Below are positions 44,892-53,553 of a stretch of 64,000 nucleotides of DNA, in pieces; the first letter of the stretch is position 1, and each line of letters opens with the position of its first letter. The translations under genes and the position numbers were made by a program. The stretch spans positions 5,608-69,607 of the forward strand of contig JANYEN010000031.1 of NCBI GenBank assembly GCA_025363115.1, in the 5' to 3' direction. Below the pieces are notes generated by a model that did no database searches, was not told the origin of the DNA, and saw only the letters and a program-made list of their open reading frames with translations. This stretch comes from Alphaproteobacteria bacterium. GTDB lineage: Bacteria; Pseudomonadota; Alphaproteobacteria; Rickettsiales; Deianiraeaceae.

Positions 44892-46169
44892 ATGCAAATA
44901 GCTCTACAGTCTGATAAAGAAACAATAGAACGTCTTATTTTAAAAATACAACAAAATAATCACGATAACGAGATATTAATTAAACTATTGTCTTATTTGC
45001 CTATACAAAATAATGAAAGCAATTTAATAATAAATGCCTCATCTTTAAAACAAGAAGATAGAAATTTATTGGTTGATAAACTACATAAATCAGGTTTATT
45101 TGCCACCTTAGAACATCTTCAAGACGAGAGAGCGAGAATAAAACTAAATGATAAAGGAGAAATGTTTTTTGATAAAACAGTAGAAATGGAAGATGAAATA
45201 AGCGAAAGATTTGCGGTAACAGACGAAAATGGAATACAGCTAATGAGAGAAGATGGTAAACCAAAATGGGAAAGAAAATTTGTAGTTAAAATGACCAGGG
45301 TACTTGAAGATTATATTAATCATTTTTTTACAATGATTAATAATGAAAAAATTTCAAGATCTGAAATAAAGATAAAAAGTAAGAAAGAGCTATTGGAATT
45401 AGTTGATACCAAAGTTGCAGTCCAATATAATTTAAAACAATCTGTAGGAAAAAGGGAAATAATTTTTGAAGTACCAGAAAGTCTTGGTTCGCGAGAAAAT
45501 TTTGAACAGCAGGTGCAAAAACATTCTGATAATCCTTGCTTTAAGGCTTGTAAAAATGATAGAAAAGTAATTGCGACTGATGAACAATATCCTGGTAGTT
45601 TTGAAGAATTAGCAAGAATTTTACTTACGCATGAGCGTGAAAAGCTTGTAAAACAAAACCCAAATGCTCCTTATTATGCAGAAATGAAGTTTAAAGAACA
45701 ATTTCCAGAATACGAACAAATCTGCTTTTCACATGATTTAAGATGGGCATGTAAAAACCTTTTTAATGCCAAAGAAGAACGAATGGAAGATCAAAGACAA
45801 AATGAATTTTTAAAAAATATTGAAAATCATTTTAATGTAAAAATAGTCGATGGCAATATACAATTATCTTTAAAAAAAGATTTTTTAATACATGATGAAA
45901 ATAAAATGTGGCTTAAAAAAGCTTTAAGTATACAGGGATTAGATTGTGATTACCAAAATCATATTATTTCAATTTCTAGTCAAGATATTTCTAATACACC
46001 TAGCCCTTTATATGAAAATCTAAAAATTATAGCCAAAGCTCAATCTGTCCAAAGTAATCATTTTTTGATAGATAATGCCAAACAAAAAGTTGAACAATCT
46101 TGGGAAGATCATAGAAAAAGTGCTACCGCAAACAATATCAATAAAGTTGTGGGAGGAAGATTATATTAA
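44892..46169 (+). CDS. hypothetical protein (charged, no recognisable domain)
   Basis: 425-aa ORF, Glu/Lys-rich, with no signal peptide or TM segment and no motif I can place. Confidence 0.55.
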   Translation: MQIALQSDKETIERLILKIQQNNHDNEILIKLLSYLPIQNNESNLIINASSLKQEDRNLLVDKLHKSGLFATLEHLQDERARIKLNDKGEMFFDKTVEMEDEISERFAVTDENGIQLMREDGKPKWERKFVVKMTRVLEDYINHFFTMINNEKISRSEIKIKSKKELLELVDTKVAVQYNLKQSVGKREIIFEVPESLGSRENFEQQVQKHSDNPCFKACKNDRKVIATDEQYPGSFEELARILLTHEREKLVKQNPNAPYYAEMKFKEQFPEYEQICFSHDLRWACKNLFNAKEERMEDQRQNEFLKNIENHFNVKIVDGNIQLSLKKDFLIHDENKMWLKKALSIQGLDCDYQNHIISISSQDISNTPSPLYENLKIIAKAQSVQSNHFLIDNAKQKVEQSWEDHRKSATANNINKVVGGRLY

Positions 46170-46239
46170 TAGAATTATAAAAAAATAAAATTTATTGACT
46201 TTGTCATAATTTTAAAATTTTTAAAATTATGTTTGTTTA

Positions 46240-46518
46240 ATGAGATATATAAATAAAATGAAAAAGCTCTTTTTATTATGTTTTTATTTAATCTTAGCTA
46301 ATTGTGAAACTTATCATGCCTTAGATAAATATACGTCTTCTCTTATACATCAACCACAATCAAATCAAAATACCACCAAATGGAATTCCTTTGAAACTAG
46401 AGATAGAATGGATGCGGATTTTAAAAAATCTTCCAACAATACTTCGGCAACAATAGCAGAAATAAATAGCCAGTCCAATTCAAATTTACAAAGTGTTCCT
46501 TATGGGTCTTTCAATTAG
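46240..46518 (+). CDS. small exported protein or lipoprotein (hypothetical)
   Basis: 92 aa with the signal MKKLFLLCFYLILANC followed by a polar Ser/Asn/Gln-rich tail. The lipobox is non-canonical (N at -1). Confidence 0.45.
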   Translation: MRYINKMKKLFLLCFYLILANCETYHALDKYTSSLIHQPQSNQNTTKWNSFETRDRMDADFKKSSNNTSATIAEINSQSNSNLQSVPYGSFN

Positions 46519-46539
46519 TTAAATCTGCATTTAAATTAA

Positions 46540-47406
46540 TTAACTATTAATAGCTTCAGCTCCTGCAACAATATCAATAAGATTTCTGGTAATTTCAGAT
46601 TGCCTAGTTTTATTAAAAACAGTAGTCAATTCGCTAATTATTTTATTAGTGTTGCGTGTTGCGCTATCCATGGCACGCATTCTAAATGCATGTTCGCAAG
46701 CCAAATTATTATTAATTGCAAACATTAAAAAAGCAAAAATAGTCTGATATTCCGCAAATTGAGTTATTTGATCAATATCGCAATCAATTTTATATAAATT
46801 TTTGCAATGAATAGCTGAAATATATTTTTTTATATCTATAAAACTAATATCACTTGCTATAATTGATTTAAAATTATTAAATCCAATAAATAAATCGGTA
46901 AAGCTTCCATTTTTATATTCTTCCATAATTTGCCTGCTTAACTGTTCTATCTTTATATAGTTTGCAGTTCCGTGGTTATAAAAATCTGCAAGATATTCTT
47001 GATAAATTGATGAATCTTTTAATTTATATTCAAAGGTATCATAAGCTTTGTTGCCGATATGTTTTAATTTTATAGCAAAACCATAATGTTTTAATTGATG
47101 AATATTATGTATTATATTTTTGCATAAATTTAAATTAAGGCTACCGCACAAACCTTTATCGCTAGAAAAAGTAATAATTAAAGCAGTTTTAGAACCTGAA
47201 TTATGATTTTTAAAAATTGATTTATTTTCATTTTGAGCTAAAATATTAGCTAAAGTTTCCGCTATTTCTTTTTTATAAATTATAGAATTATTAATTATAG
47301 GTTTCATACGTTGTAATTTAACGGTAGAAACCATTTGCATTACTTTAGTAATTTTTACAGTAGATTGGGAAGTTTTTATTTTTTGTTTTATTTGTTGTAA
47401 ATTCAT
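46540..47406 (-). CDS. atpG: F1 ATP synthase gamma subunit
   Basis: 288 aa. The N-terminus is IKQKIKTSQSTVKITKVMQMVSTVKL and the C-terminus is FNKTRQSEITRNLIDIVAGAEAIN, both diagnostic. No atpA or atpD flanks it. Confidence 0.85.
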   Translation of the reverse strand: MNLQQIKQKIKTSQSTVKITKVMQMVSTVKLQRMKPIINNSIIYKKEIAETLANILAQNENKSIFKNHNSGSKTALIITFSSDKGLCGSLNLNLCKNIIHNIHQLKHYGFAIKLKHIGNKAYDTFEYKLKDSSIYQEYLADFYNHGTANYIKIEQLSRQIMEEYKNGSFTDLFIGFNNFKSIIASDISFIDIKKYISAIHCKNLYKIDCDIDQITQFAEYQTIFAFLMFAINNNLACEHAFRMRAMDSATRNTNKIISELTTVFNKTRQSEITRNLIDIVAGAEAINS

Positions 47407-47612
47407 GACTTTTTATCTTTTTTAGGCTCATACTCAGAATCTTTTTCTAGGGGAATATTGTCAAAATTAGGAGGTATTATCATAGCTCCATCATCTAACA
47501 TAATTTTTTTATTACGTAATTCTTGAACTTTTTTTAATTCAAAATCGCTTATTTGAAACTCTTTAGAACAACTAATAATTGATAAAACTACTATAAATAA
47601 AAATATTTTCAT
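47403..47612 (-). CDS. small lipoprotein (hypothetical)
   Basis: 69 aa with the lipobox LSIISC. It has 4-nt overlaps with both neighbours. Confidence 0.5.
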   Translation of the reverse strand: MKIFLFIVVLSIISCSKEFQISDFELKKVQELRNKKIMLDDGAMIIPPNFDNIPLEKDSEYEPKKDKKS

Positions 47613-48139
47613 TTTTTAATCATTGAATTAATTAAGTATAAAACTGCCCCAATACAAATAAAAGAATCAGCCATATTAAAAGCTGGCCAATGATAATCTT
47701 TTATATAAAAATCTAAAAAATCACGCACTGCACCCACATAAATTCTATCATAGATGTTGCCAATAGCTCCTCCAGTTATAATTATAAAACTATATAATTT
47801 TAAACCCCGAGTTTTTAAAATAGCATAAATAAAAATGCTTATTGCAATACATGATGATAAAATTATAAAAATAATATTACTAAAAGCATAATTTTGGAAT
47901 AAACCGAAGCTAATTCCTCTATTAAAAACTATTACCAGATTAAATCCCTTGCAAACTGGATAAACTGCCATATTAGTATGAAACAAAAAATTAATTATAT
48001 ATTTTTTTGTTATTAAATCCGTGGCAACCAACAAACATATCAAAGATAATGCAATTAAAGTGTTTTTTGGGTTAAAAGATTTAAACATAATTTTATGAAT
48101 TACTCTTAAAAGTTCCGCGTATAAGTCAATTAAAGTCAA
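47609..48139 (-). CDS. lspA: lipoprotein signal peptidase (signal peptidase II)
   Basis: 176 aa with NRGISFG and the catalytic region AFNMADSFI. An internal start (MFKSF...) is possible. Confidence 0.85.
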   Translation of the reverse strand: MTLIDLYAELLRVIHKIMFKSFNPKNTLIALSLICLLVATDLITKKYIINFLFHTNMAVYPVCKGFNLVIVFNRGISFGLFQNYAFSNIIFIILSSCIAISIFIYAILKTRGLKLYSFIIITGGAIGNIYDRIYVGAVRDFLDFYIKDYHWPAFNMADSFICIGAVLYLINSMIKK

Positions 48140-49032
48140 TCCCTTATTTTCAAAAGCATTTTAACAAAATTTGAAGGAACAAAATCTTGTAAATCATTAA
48201 TATTTTCACCCACAGTAATTCCATAAATAGGTATATGAAATTTATCAACAATAGATAATATTATTCCACAGCGAGCTTGGCTGTCCAATTTAGTTACAAT
48301 AATTCCGTTAATATTAACAATTTTTGCAAATGCTTCTACTTGATACAAGGCATTTTTGCCGTTATTTCCATCAATTATAAGTATAGTATTATGCGGTGCC
48401 ATAATATTTTTTTTAGTTAAAGTTCTGTTAATACCAGAAAGCTCTTCCATTAAATTAACTCTATTATAAATTCTGCCTGCAGTATCAATTAACAAAACAT
48501 CGGCATTACACTTTTTTGCTTCATCATAAGCTCTATAAACTAACGATTTAGGGTCTTCGTTTTCAACTTGAGCTTTGACCAATTTAGCATTTTTTAAATG
48601 ATTTTTTTCAATAATATAGCTTAATTGCTCAGTAGCGGCAGCACGAAAAGTATCTCCAGCACCAATTAAAACATTCCAATTATCTTTATTTAAATTGTAA
48701 GTCAGTTTGGTTAAAGTAGAGGTTTTGCCAGATCCATTTGCCCCACAAATTAAAATTACTTGTGGCTTATATAAAGGATTTATTTTTAAAGAATTGCTAT
48801 ATAATCTTAAAATTTTTATCATTTGACTAGAAATAATAAAAACAATAAAAGTAGGCAAAACTTTTAAATTAATATGTTCATGAAGAGGTTTTATTATTTT
48901 TTGAACAGTTTCTGGCAATATATCAATACCTAATAAAGAATTTTCTATTTCTTCTATATTTTCTTTTTTTAAGGTAATTTTATCAGACTTGACCCATAAA
49001 TTTTGAAAAAAATGAGAACTTTCTGCAGACAT
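48136..49032 (-). CDS. ftsY: signal recognition particle receptor FtsY
   Basis: 298 aa with the NG domain motifs GANGSGKTSTLTKL, DTAGR and TKLD. Confidence 0.9.
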   Translation of the reverse strand: MSAESSHFFQNLWVKSDKITLKKENIEEIENSLLGIDILPETVQKIIKPLHEHINLKVLPTFIVFIISSQMIKILRLYSNSLKINPLYKPQVILICGANGSGKTSTLTKLTYNLNKDNWNVLIGAGDTFRAAATEQLSYIIEKNHLKNAKLVKAQVENEDPKSLVYRAYDEAKKCNADVLLIDTAGRIYNRVNLMEELSGINRTLTKKNIMAPHNTILIIDGNNGKNALYQVEAFAKIVNINGIIVTKLDSQARCGIILSIVDKFHIPIYGITVGENINDLQDFVPSNFVKMLLKIRD

Positions 49033-49038
49033 TACTAA

Positions 49039-50772
49039 TTACTTTAATTTTTTCGTAACAAACCATTGATTAACTATGCTAAATAAATTATTTATCGACC
49101 AATATATCATTAATCCAGAAGGAAAAGAGGCAAATAAAAAAGTAAAAAATAATGGCATATATTTCATAATTTTGGTATACTCATTGGTAGGACCACTATA
49201 GCTCATTATTTGTTGCAACCACATAGTTAGCCCTACAAAAATTGGCAATATCCCAACTTGTAAAAAACTAGGCATATCAAAAGGCAAAAAGCCAAATAAA
49301 TTAAATAGCGAGGTAGGGTCGGGAGCCGATAAATCTTGCAACCATATAAAAGGGCTTTGCCTAATTTCTATTGAAATATATAACACTTTATATAAAGCAA
49401 AAAATATAGGAATTTGTATTAAAATTGGTATAAAAGTAGCAAAAGGATTAACTTTTTCTTTTTTATAAAGCTCGATCATTCCCTTATTCATAGCTATTTT
49501 GTCGGTACCAAATTTGGCTTTTAATTCATCCATTTTTGGTTGCATTTCTTTCATTCTATTCATCATTCGATACGACTTATTGCCCAAGGGAAGCATTGCT
49601 ACTCTTATTAAAATAGTTAACATAATTATTGCTAAGCCATAATTAGGAATAAAATTATGTATAAATCTAAGAGTTAATAAAATTGGTTTAGTTAAAAAAT
49701 AAAATATTCCAAAATCTATCGTTTTATCAAATAACCTAATGTTATACTTGTCTATATAGTCATCCAAAGTAAAAATATCTTTTGCACCCAAATAAACAAA
49801 GTTTTTAGTAATAGCGGATTTTGCACCAGCTGTTATATTGAGTGAATTTTCAATTATTCGTGATTCAATATATTTTCTATCACCGACGTTTTTATTGATA
49901 AAAGATATTTTTTTTATTGACGAACACTCAAAAATAATTGCTGAAAGCCAATATTTATCGCTAAAACCCGCCCAATTATATTGTCTTGGGGGGCAGTTTA
50001 CATTTTTTTGATCATAATCAATATTGTTTTTTTCAATTTTAGAATATGCAACTTCTTGCACCGCATTATCTTTAATTGCCATAGGACCCTGATAAACCCC
50101 ACCATCTTTAATTGGCTCGGTTATATCTCGCTTAATTGATGTAAAAGGGGTTAAATCTAAATTTATAGCACTGTTGTTTATAATATATTTTTCAACAGAA
50201 AGTAAATATTTTTTGTCAAGCCTTAATTTGATAAAAAATTCTATTTTTTGTTTGTTTTTCCAACTTAAGGTAATTCCCTCGGCAGAAAAAATATCGCTAT
50301 TATTAGACTGCCATTGTGTTTTTATATTTGGCAAATCTATATCGCTATCATTCGCAAGCCAGCCAAATAAAACATATTTAGCATTTTTAGTATCATGTGG
50401 TGCCAATAAAACTACCGATTCATCGGAATTTATTTTATTTTTATATTTATTCAAAATTAAATGGTCAATTGTGGCTCCCGTTAAATTAACTCTACCTAAA
50501 ATAAAATCATTGCTGAAATCTATTGTTTGTTTTTTATTTGCTAACAAAGAGTCTTCTAGCGATATAATTTTTATATTTTCTTGTTTTATTTCAACGTCAT
50601 CACTTGTTTTTTGGTTTTTTTGAGAAGTTTCTGCGGTTATATCGTTTTGTTTTTTAGAAACAGGTTTGTCAAAAAAATATTGCCACCCTATCATAATAGC
50701 GGCACTAAATAACACTACAAACATTACTTTGCCAATAGAAGTAGGGGATTCATTGGGTTGCCATGAATTCAT
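49039..50772 (-). CDS. yidC: membrane protein insertase YidC
   Basis: 577 aa with an N-terminal TM, a large periplasmic domain and a C-terminal 5-TM core (KMKEMQPKMDELKAKF...PILIQIPIFFALY). Confidence 0.9.
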   Translation of the reverse strand: MNSWQPNESPTSIGKVMFVVLFSAAIMIGWQYFFDKPVSKKQNDITAETSQKNQKTSDDVEIKQENIKIISLEDSLLANKKQTIDFSNDFILGRVNLTGATIDHLILNKYKNKINSDESVVLLAPHDTKNAKYVLFGWLANDSDIDLPNIKTQWQSNNSDIFSAEGITLSWKNKQKIEFFIKLRLDKKYLLSVEKYIINNSAINLDLTPFTSIKRDITEPIKDGGVYQGPMAIKDNAVQEVAYSKIEKNNIDYDQKNVNCPPRQYNWAGFSDKYWLSAIIFECSSIKKISFINKNVGDRKYIESRIIENSLNITAGAKSAITKNFVYLGAKDIFTLDDYIDKYNIRLFDKTIDFGIFYFLTKPILLTLRFIHNFIPNYGLAIIMLTILIRVAMLPLGNKSYRMMNRMKEMQPKMDELKAKFGTDKIAMNKGMIELYKKEKVNPFATFIPILIQIPIFFALYKVLYISIEIRQSPFIWLQDLSAPDPTSLFNLFGFLPFDMPSFLQVGILPIFVGLTMWLQQIMSYSGPTNEYTKIMKYMPLFFTFLFASFPSGLMIYWSINNLFSIVNQWFVTKKLK

Positions 50773-50790
50773 AAAAAATATAATAAAAAA

Positions 50791-50835
50791 TGGTGGGTCT
50801 GAAGACTTGAACTCTGACTTCTTCCTTATCAGAGA
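50791..50835 (-). repeat. degenerate copy of the 3' half of tRNA-Ile(GAU); att-like direct repeat
   Basis: TGGTGGGTCTGAAGACTTGAACTCTGACTTCTTCCTTATCAGAGA aligns to 57035-57082 of the intact tRNA-Ile. By hand alignment about 41 of 45 positions match, with 3 gapped positions. The orientation is the same. The T-stem no longer pairs and the 5' half is absent. Confidence 0.75.
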
Positions 50836-51418
50836 CGTAAATACCTTTTAATTTATTGCTGTAAACCTTAATTGTCAAGGGAGTTTGTAAAATTATTAAA
50901 TTCGTGAAAAACCAATAAATATTTTCTATATCCATATAGATTAATGGCCCACAGGATAAGGTAAAATTCTTATTTTCTCTTGATTTTAGTATTTTAGAAA
51001 ATATTTTTTATATTATTAATTCTCTACTTTATGAGTCTATCCAAAACTACTGAAAACAACTACAAGAAGGATTCAATTATTTCGCATCTCTCTCAAGTCA
51101 TGTAAAATAGGCTATAGTTTTCGCTGAATCTATATATTGTCAACCAAATATGATGAAGTAATAGCTTTCATAAAAAGCGAAAAAACTAAAGTCGATAATA
51201 GAGTGATATTCCTTAATAAATAATGTTTTACAAGAAATAGCCAACTTGAAGACAGCGAAAGCTAATCAAATTCAAAATGCGTTAAATCAAATAAATATTC
51301 CTGCCGATTCTAATATCTTACAAATAATTCCTAATTCTGCATCTGAGTCAGCAATTCAGTGTGCCACTGGTAATCCCCATTTTATGTAACTTGGTATAAT
51401 GCGGGTAGTTAATTGATT

Positions 51419-53346
51419 TAAAAATTTTCCCGTTTATCCCTAAAACATAAGTATTTTTTTCTTGACAATAAAAACCAACAATGCACTATACTTTTAGATT
51501 AAATAAAAAGTATATGAAAAACATAACAATTCAGCAGTTTTTTAAGAAGTTTTCAAGTGATGAGATATGCTTAGAACATGTAATGAAATCAAGATATGGA
51601 ATGAGCGGAACTTGTCATCACTGCGGAAAAGAAACAAAATATTCAAGAGTTAAAAGCCAAAGAGCTTTTGCTTGTCAATGGTGCGGACATCATGTTTACC
51701 CTTGCGTTGACACACCTTTTCATAACTCAAAAACATCTTTGCAGTTATGGTTTTATGCAATCTATTTATTTAGCACAACAAGACACGGCGTACCAGCAAA
51801 AGAACTTGAGCGTCAGTTAGGTGTTACTTACAAATGTGCATGGCGTATGGGTCATGAAATACGTAAGCATATGAGTGATGTGTAAATGGAAACGATAAAT
51901 TAAGCGGTATTGTACAAGTTGACGAGACCTATGTAGGTGGCGAGCAACAAGGCAAGCGTGGGCGTGGTAGTGAAAATAAAACCATTGTTTTTGCAATATT
52001 AGAAACTGGAGGTAATATAATTGCTGAAGTTGTTGACGATGTTAAAAAAGCTACTTTGCAACCAATTATTGAAGCTAACTTTGAAAAAGGCAGTGAAATT
52101 CATAGCGATGAGCTACGTTCTTATAAAGGACTTGATCAAAAAGGTTACGAACACGAAACAGTTAATCATTCAGCTGGTCAATATGCAGACTTGGTAACTG
52201 GTTGCCCTGTAAACGGTGTTGAAAACTTTTGGTCGCATTTGAAAAAAGCAATCAATGGAACTCACGTGCATGTATCAAAAGAATACTTAGCAAATTATGT
52301 TGCAGAGTTTGAATACAGATTTAACTTTCGTCAAGCTCCTCAGTTGATGTTTGATGAGCTAATTTCTTCTTTTTCTTCGGTTGATAAGGTTTCTTGGGTT
52401 GAGCAGGCGGAATAACTGGTTTTGAAACCATTGATTTTATTGTATTGTCAATCGTTTCTTCGTCTCCATCGTTTTGCTTTTTGTGTTCTTTTATGAACTC
52501 TTGCATTGCAAGTGGGTCTTTTAGGGCTTGTTTAAGGGTGGTCATAGTTAAGGAATATAAGGATTAATGATAATTTTAATTTTACTATCCTTGATATCAA
52601 AATCTCCTTGTATTGTAAAATCAATATAATGTATATATCCGTCTATTAAAGGACCAAAAATACTTTGGATTCCTAAACATTTTAGGGTAAAGTTAGTTAT
52701 TTTATCTATAACTAATGCCTCTATTTTACCAGTTTGCCTGTAGCAGGAATTTTAAAATGTATAACAATCCCTAGTTCGGTAGATACAAAACTATTATCCT
52801 CATTTCTCACACAAAAAGCGCGTCCCAGTTTAAAAACGCAACATTAGGTTGTTTCTCCAATATATCTGCATGTAAGTTAGGTATTCCATAGAAGTTTGTT
52901 TCACTATATCTGGTGAGGTCTTCAAGAGATGTTAAAGGAAATGGTTGTTTTTCTTCATTTTTTTTGTAGATATATTATTAATGGCTTCTATTATTTCAGT
53001 TTTTACATCTTTAGTAGTGAATTATTTTTGTTGTATTTTTTCTACTTACTAGGCATTTAACTAATAATCCAGCTAATAAAAACTATAAAAAATTGGGCTA
53101 AAAATTGCCATAAAAACACATCCAATCATACCACTAAAAATAAGAATCCTACCGAACTATTTTTCATGGTTTTCATAAAAATTACAAATTTGAGCAATGA
53201 ATGATATATTTGACTCAGTTTTTGAGATTGACAACATTCATATTTACAAATAAAATTAGTTACAAATTTTTTGAGAATGACGTATCTTTTTTATTTTCAA
53301 TGTAAATTAATGCTTGTGCTTTAGGGATAAACGAGAAAAATTATTA
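51419..53346 (+). mobile_element. IS1595-family insertion sequence (about 1.9 kb) with imperfect terminal inverted repeats
   Basis: The left end at 51419-51451 (TAAAAATTTTCCCGTTTATCCCTAAAACATAAG) is the inverted complement of 53313-53346 (CTTGTGCTTTAGGGATAAACGAGAAAAATTATTA). About 29 of 34 positions match by hand. An ISXO2-like transposase lies inside. I found no target-site duplication. Confidence 0.6.
51481..52415 (+). pseudogene. IS1595-family (ISXO2-like) transposase, interrupted by one frameshift near 51879-51885
   Basis: The N-terminal Zn-ribbon (CHHCGKE...CQWCGHHVYPC) runs in frame 1 to the stop at 51885. Translation continues in another frame as VNGNDKLSGIVQVDETYVGGEQQGKRGRGSENKTIVFAILETGGN...IHSDELRSY...VENFWSHLKKAINGTHVHVSKEYLANYVAEFEYRFNFR. 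Confidence 0.75.
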
Positions 53347-53489
53347 CAATCATAATAAGTAATGATTTTTTTGTAAAAGAGTTTTGGTATAAATTTATGC
53401 AGTTCTATAATATTCATAGTTCTCAAAAAATCAAATAAATGCTGTTTTTATTATCCACTATTGTTAATAGGTGGTATTTTACTTTTTAA

Positions 53490-53519
53490 TTGACATTATA
53501 TTGAAATAAACACTAATAT
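53490..53519 (+). promoter_or_regulatory. candidate sigma-70 promoter of the 1107-aa gene
   Basis: TTGACA (53490-53495), an 18-nt spacer and TAATAT (53514-53519). It ends 35 nt upstream of the ATG at 53554. Confidence 0.4.
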
Positions 53520-53553
53520 TAATTCATGTGGTTTTATTAATTTTATTGAACCT

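Noticed and set aside
50791-50835. Possibility that the tRNA-like stretch is a functional tRNA gene.
   Set aside because: Only the 3' half is present. The T-stem halves (CAGAG / CTTCA) do not pair, and there is no D-arm or 5' acceptor strand.
50750-50935. 61-aa minus-strand ORF spanning the yidC start and the tRNA-Ile fragment.
   Set aside because: It overlaps the yidC N-terminus and the att-like repeat and has no coding signature. It is most likely a chance frame in decayed DNA.
51871-51890. Possibility that the transposase frame change is a programmed ribosomal frameshift.
   Set aside because: There is no slippery heptamer of the A-AAA-AAG type at the junction (GATGTGTAAATGG). IS1595-family transposases are normally a single ORF. 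A mutational indel or sequencing error is more likely.
52321-52545. 74-aa minus-strand ORF at the transposase 3' end.
   Set aside because: Its C-terminal half is antisense to the transposase DDE domain. Only the first ~43 codons outside the transposase might be a remnant, and this is noted under the passenger-remnant finding.
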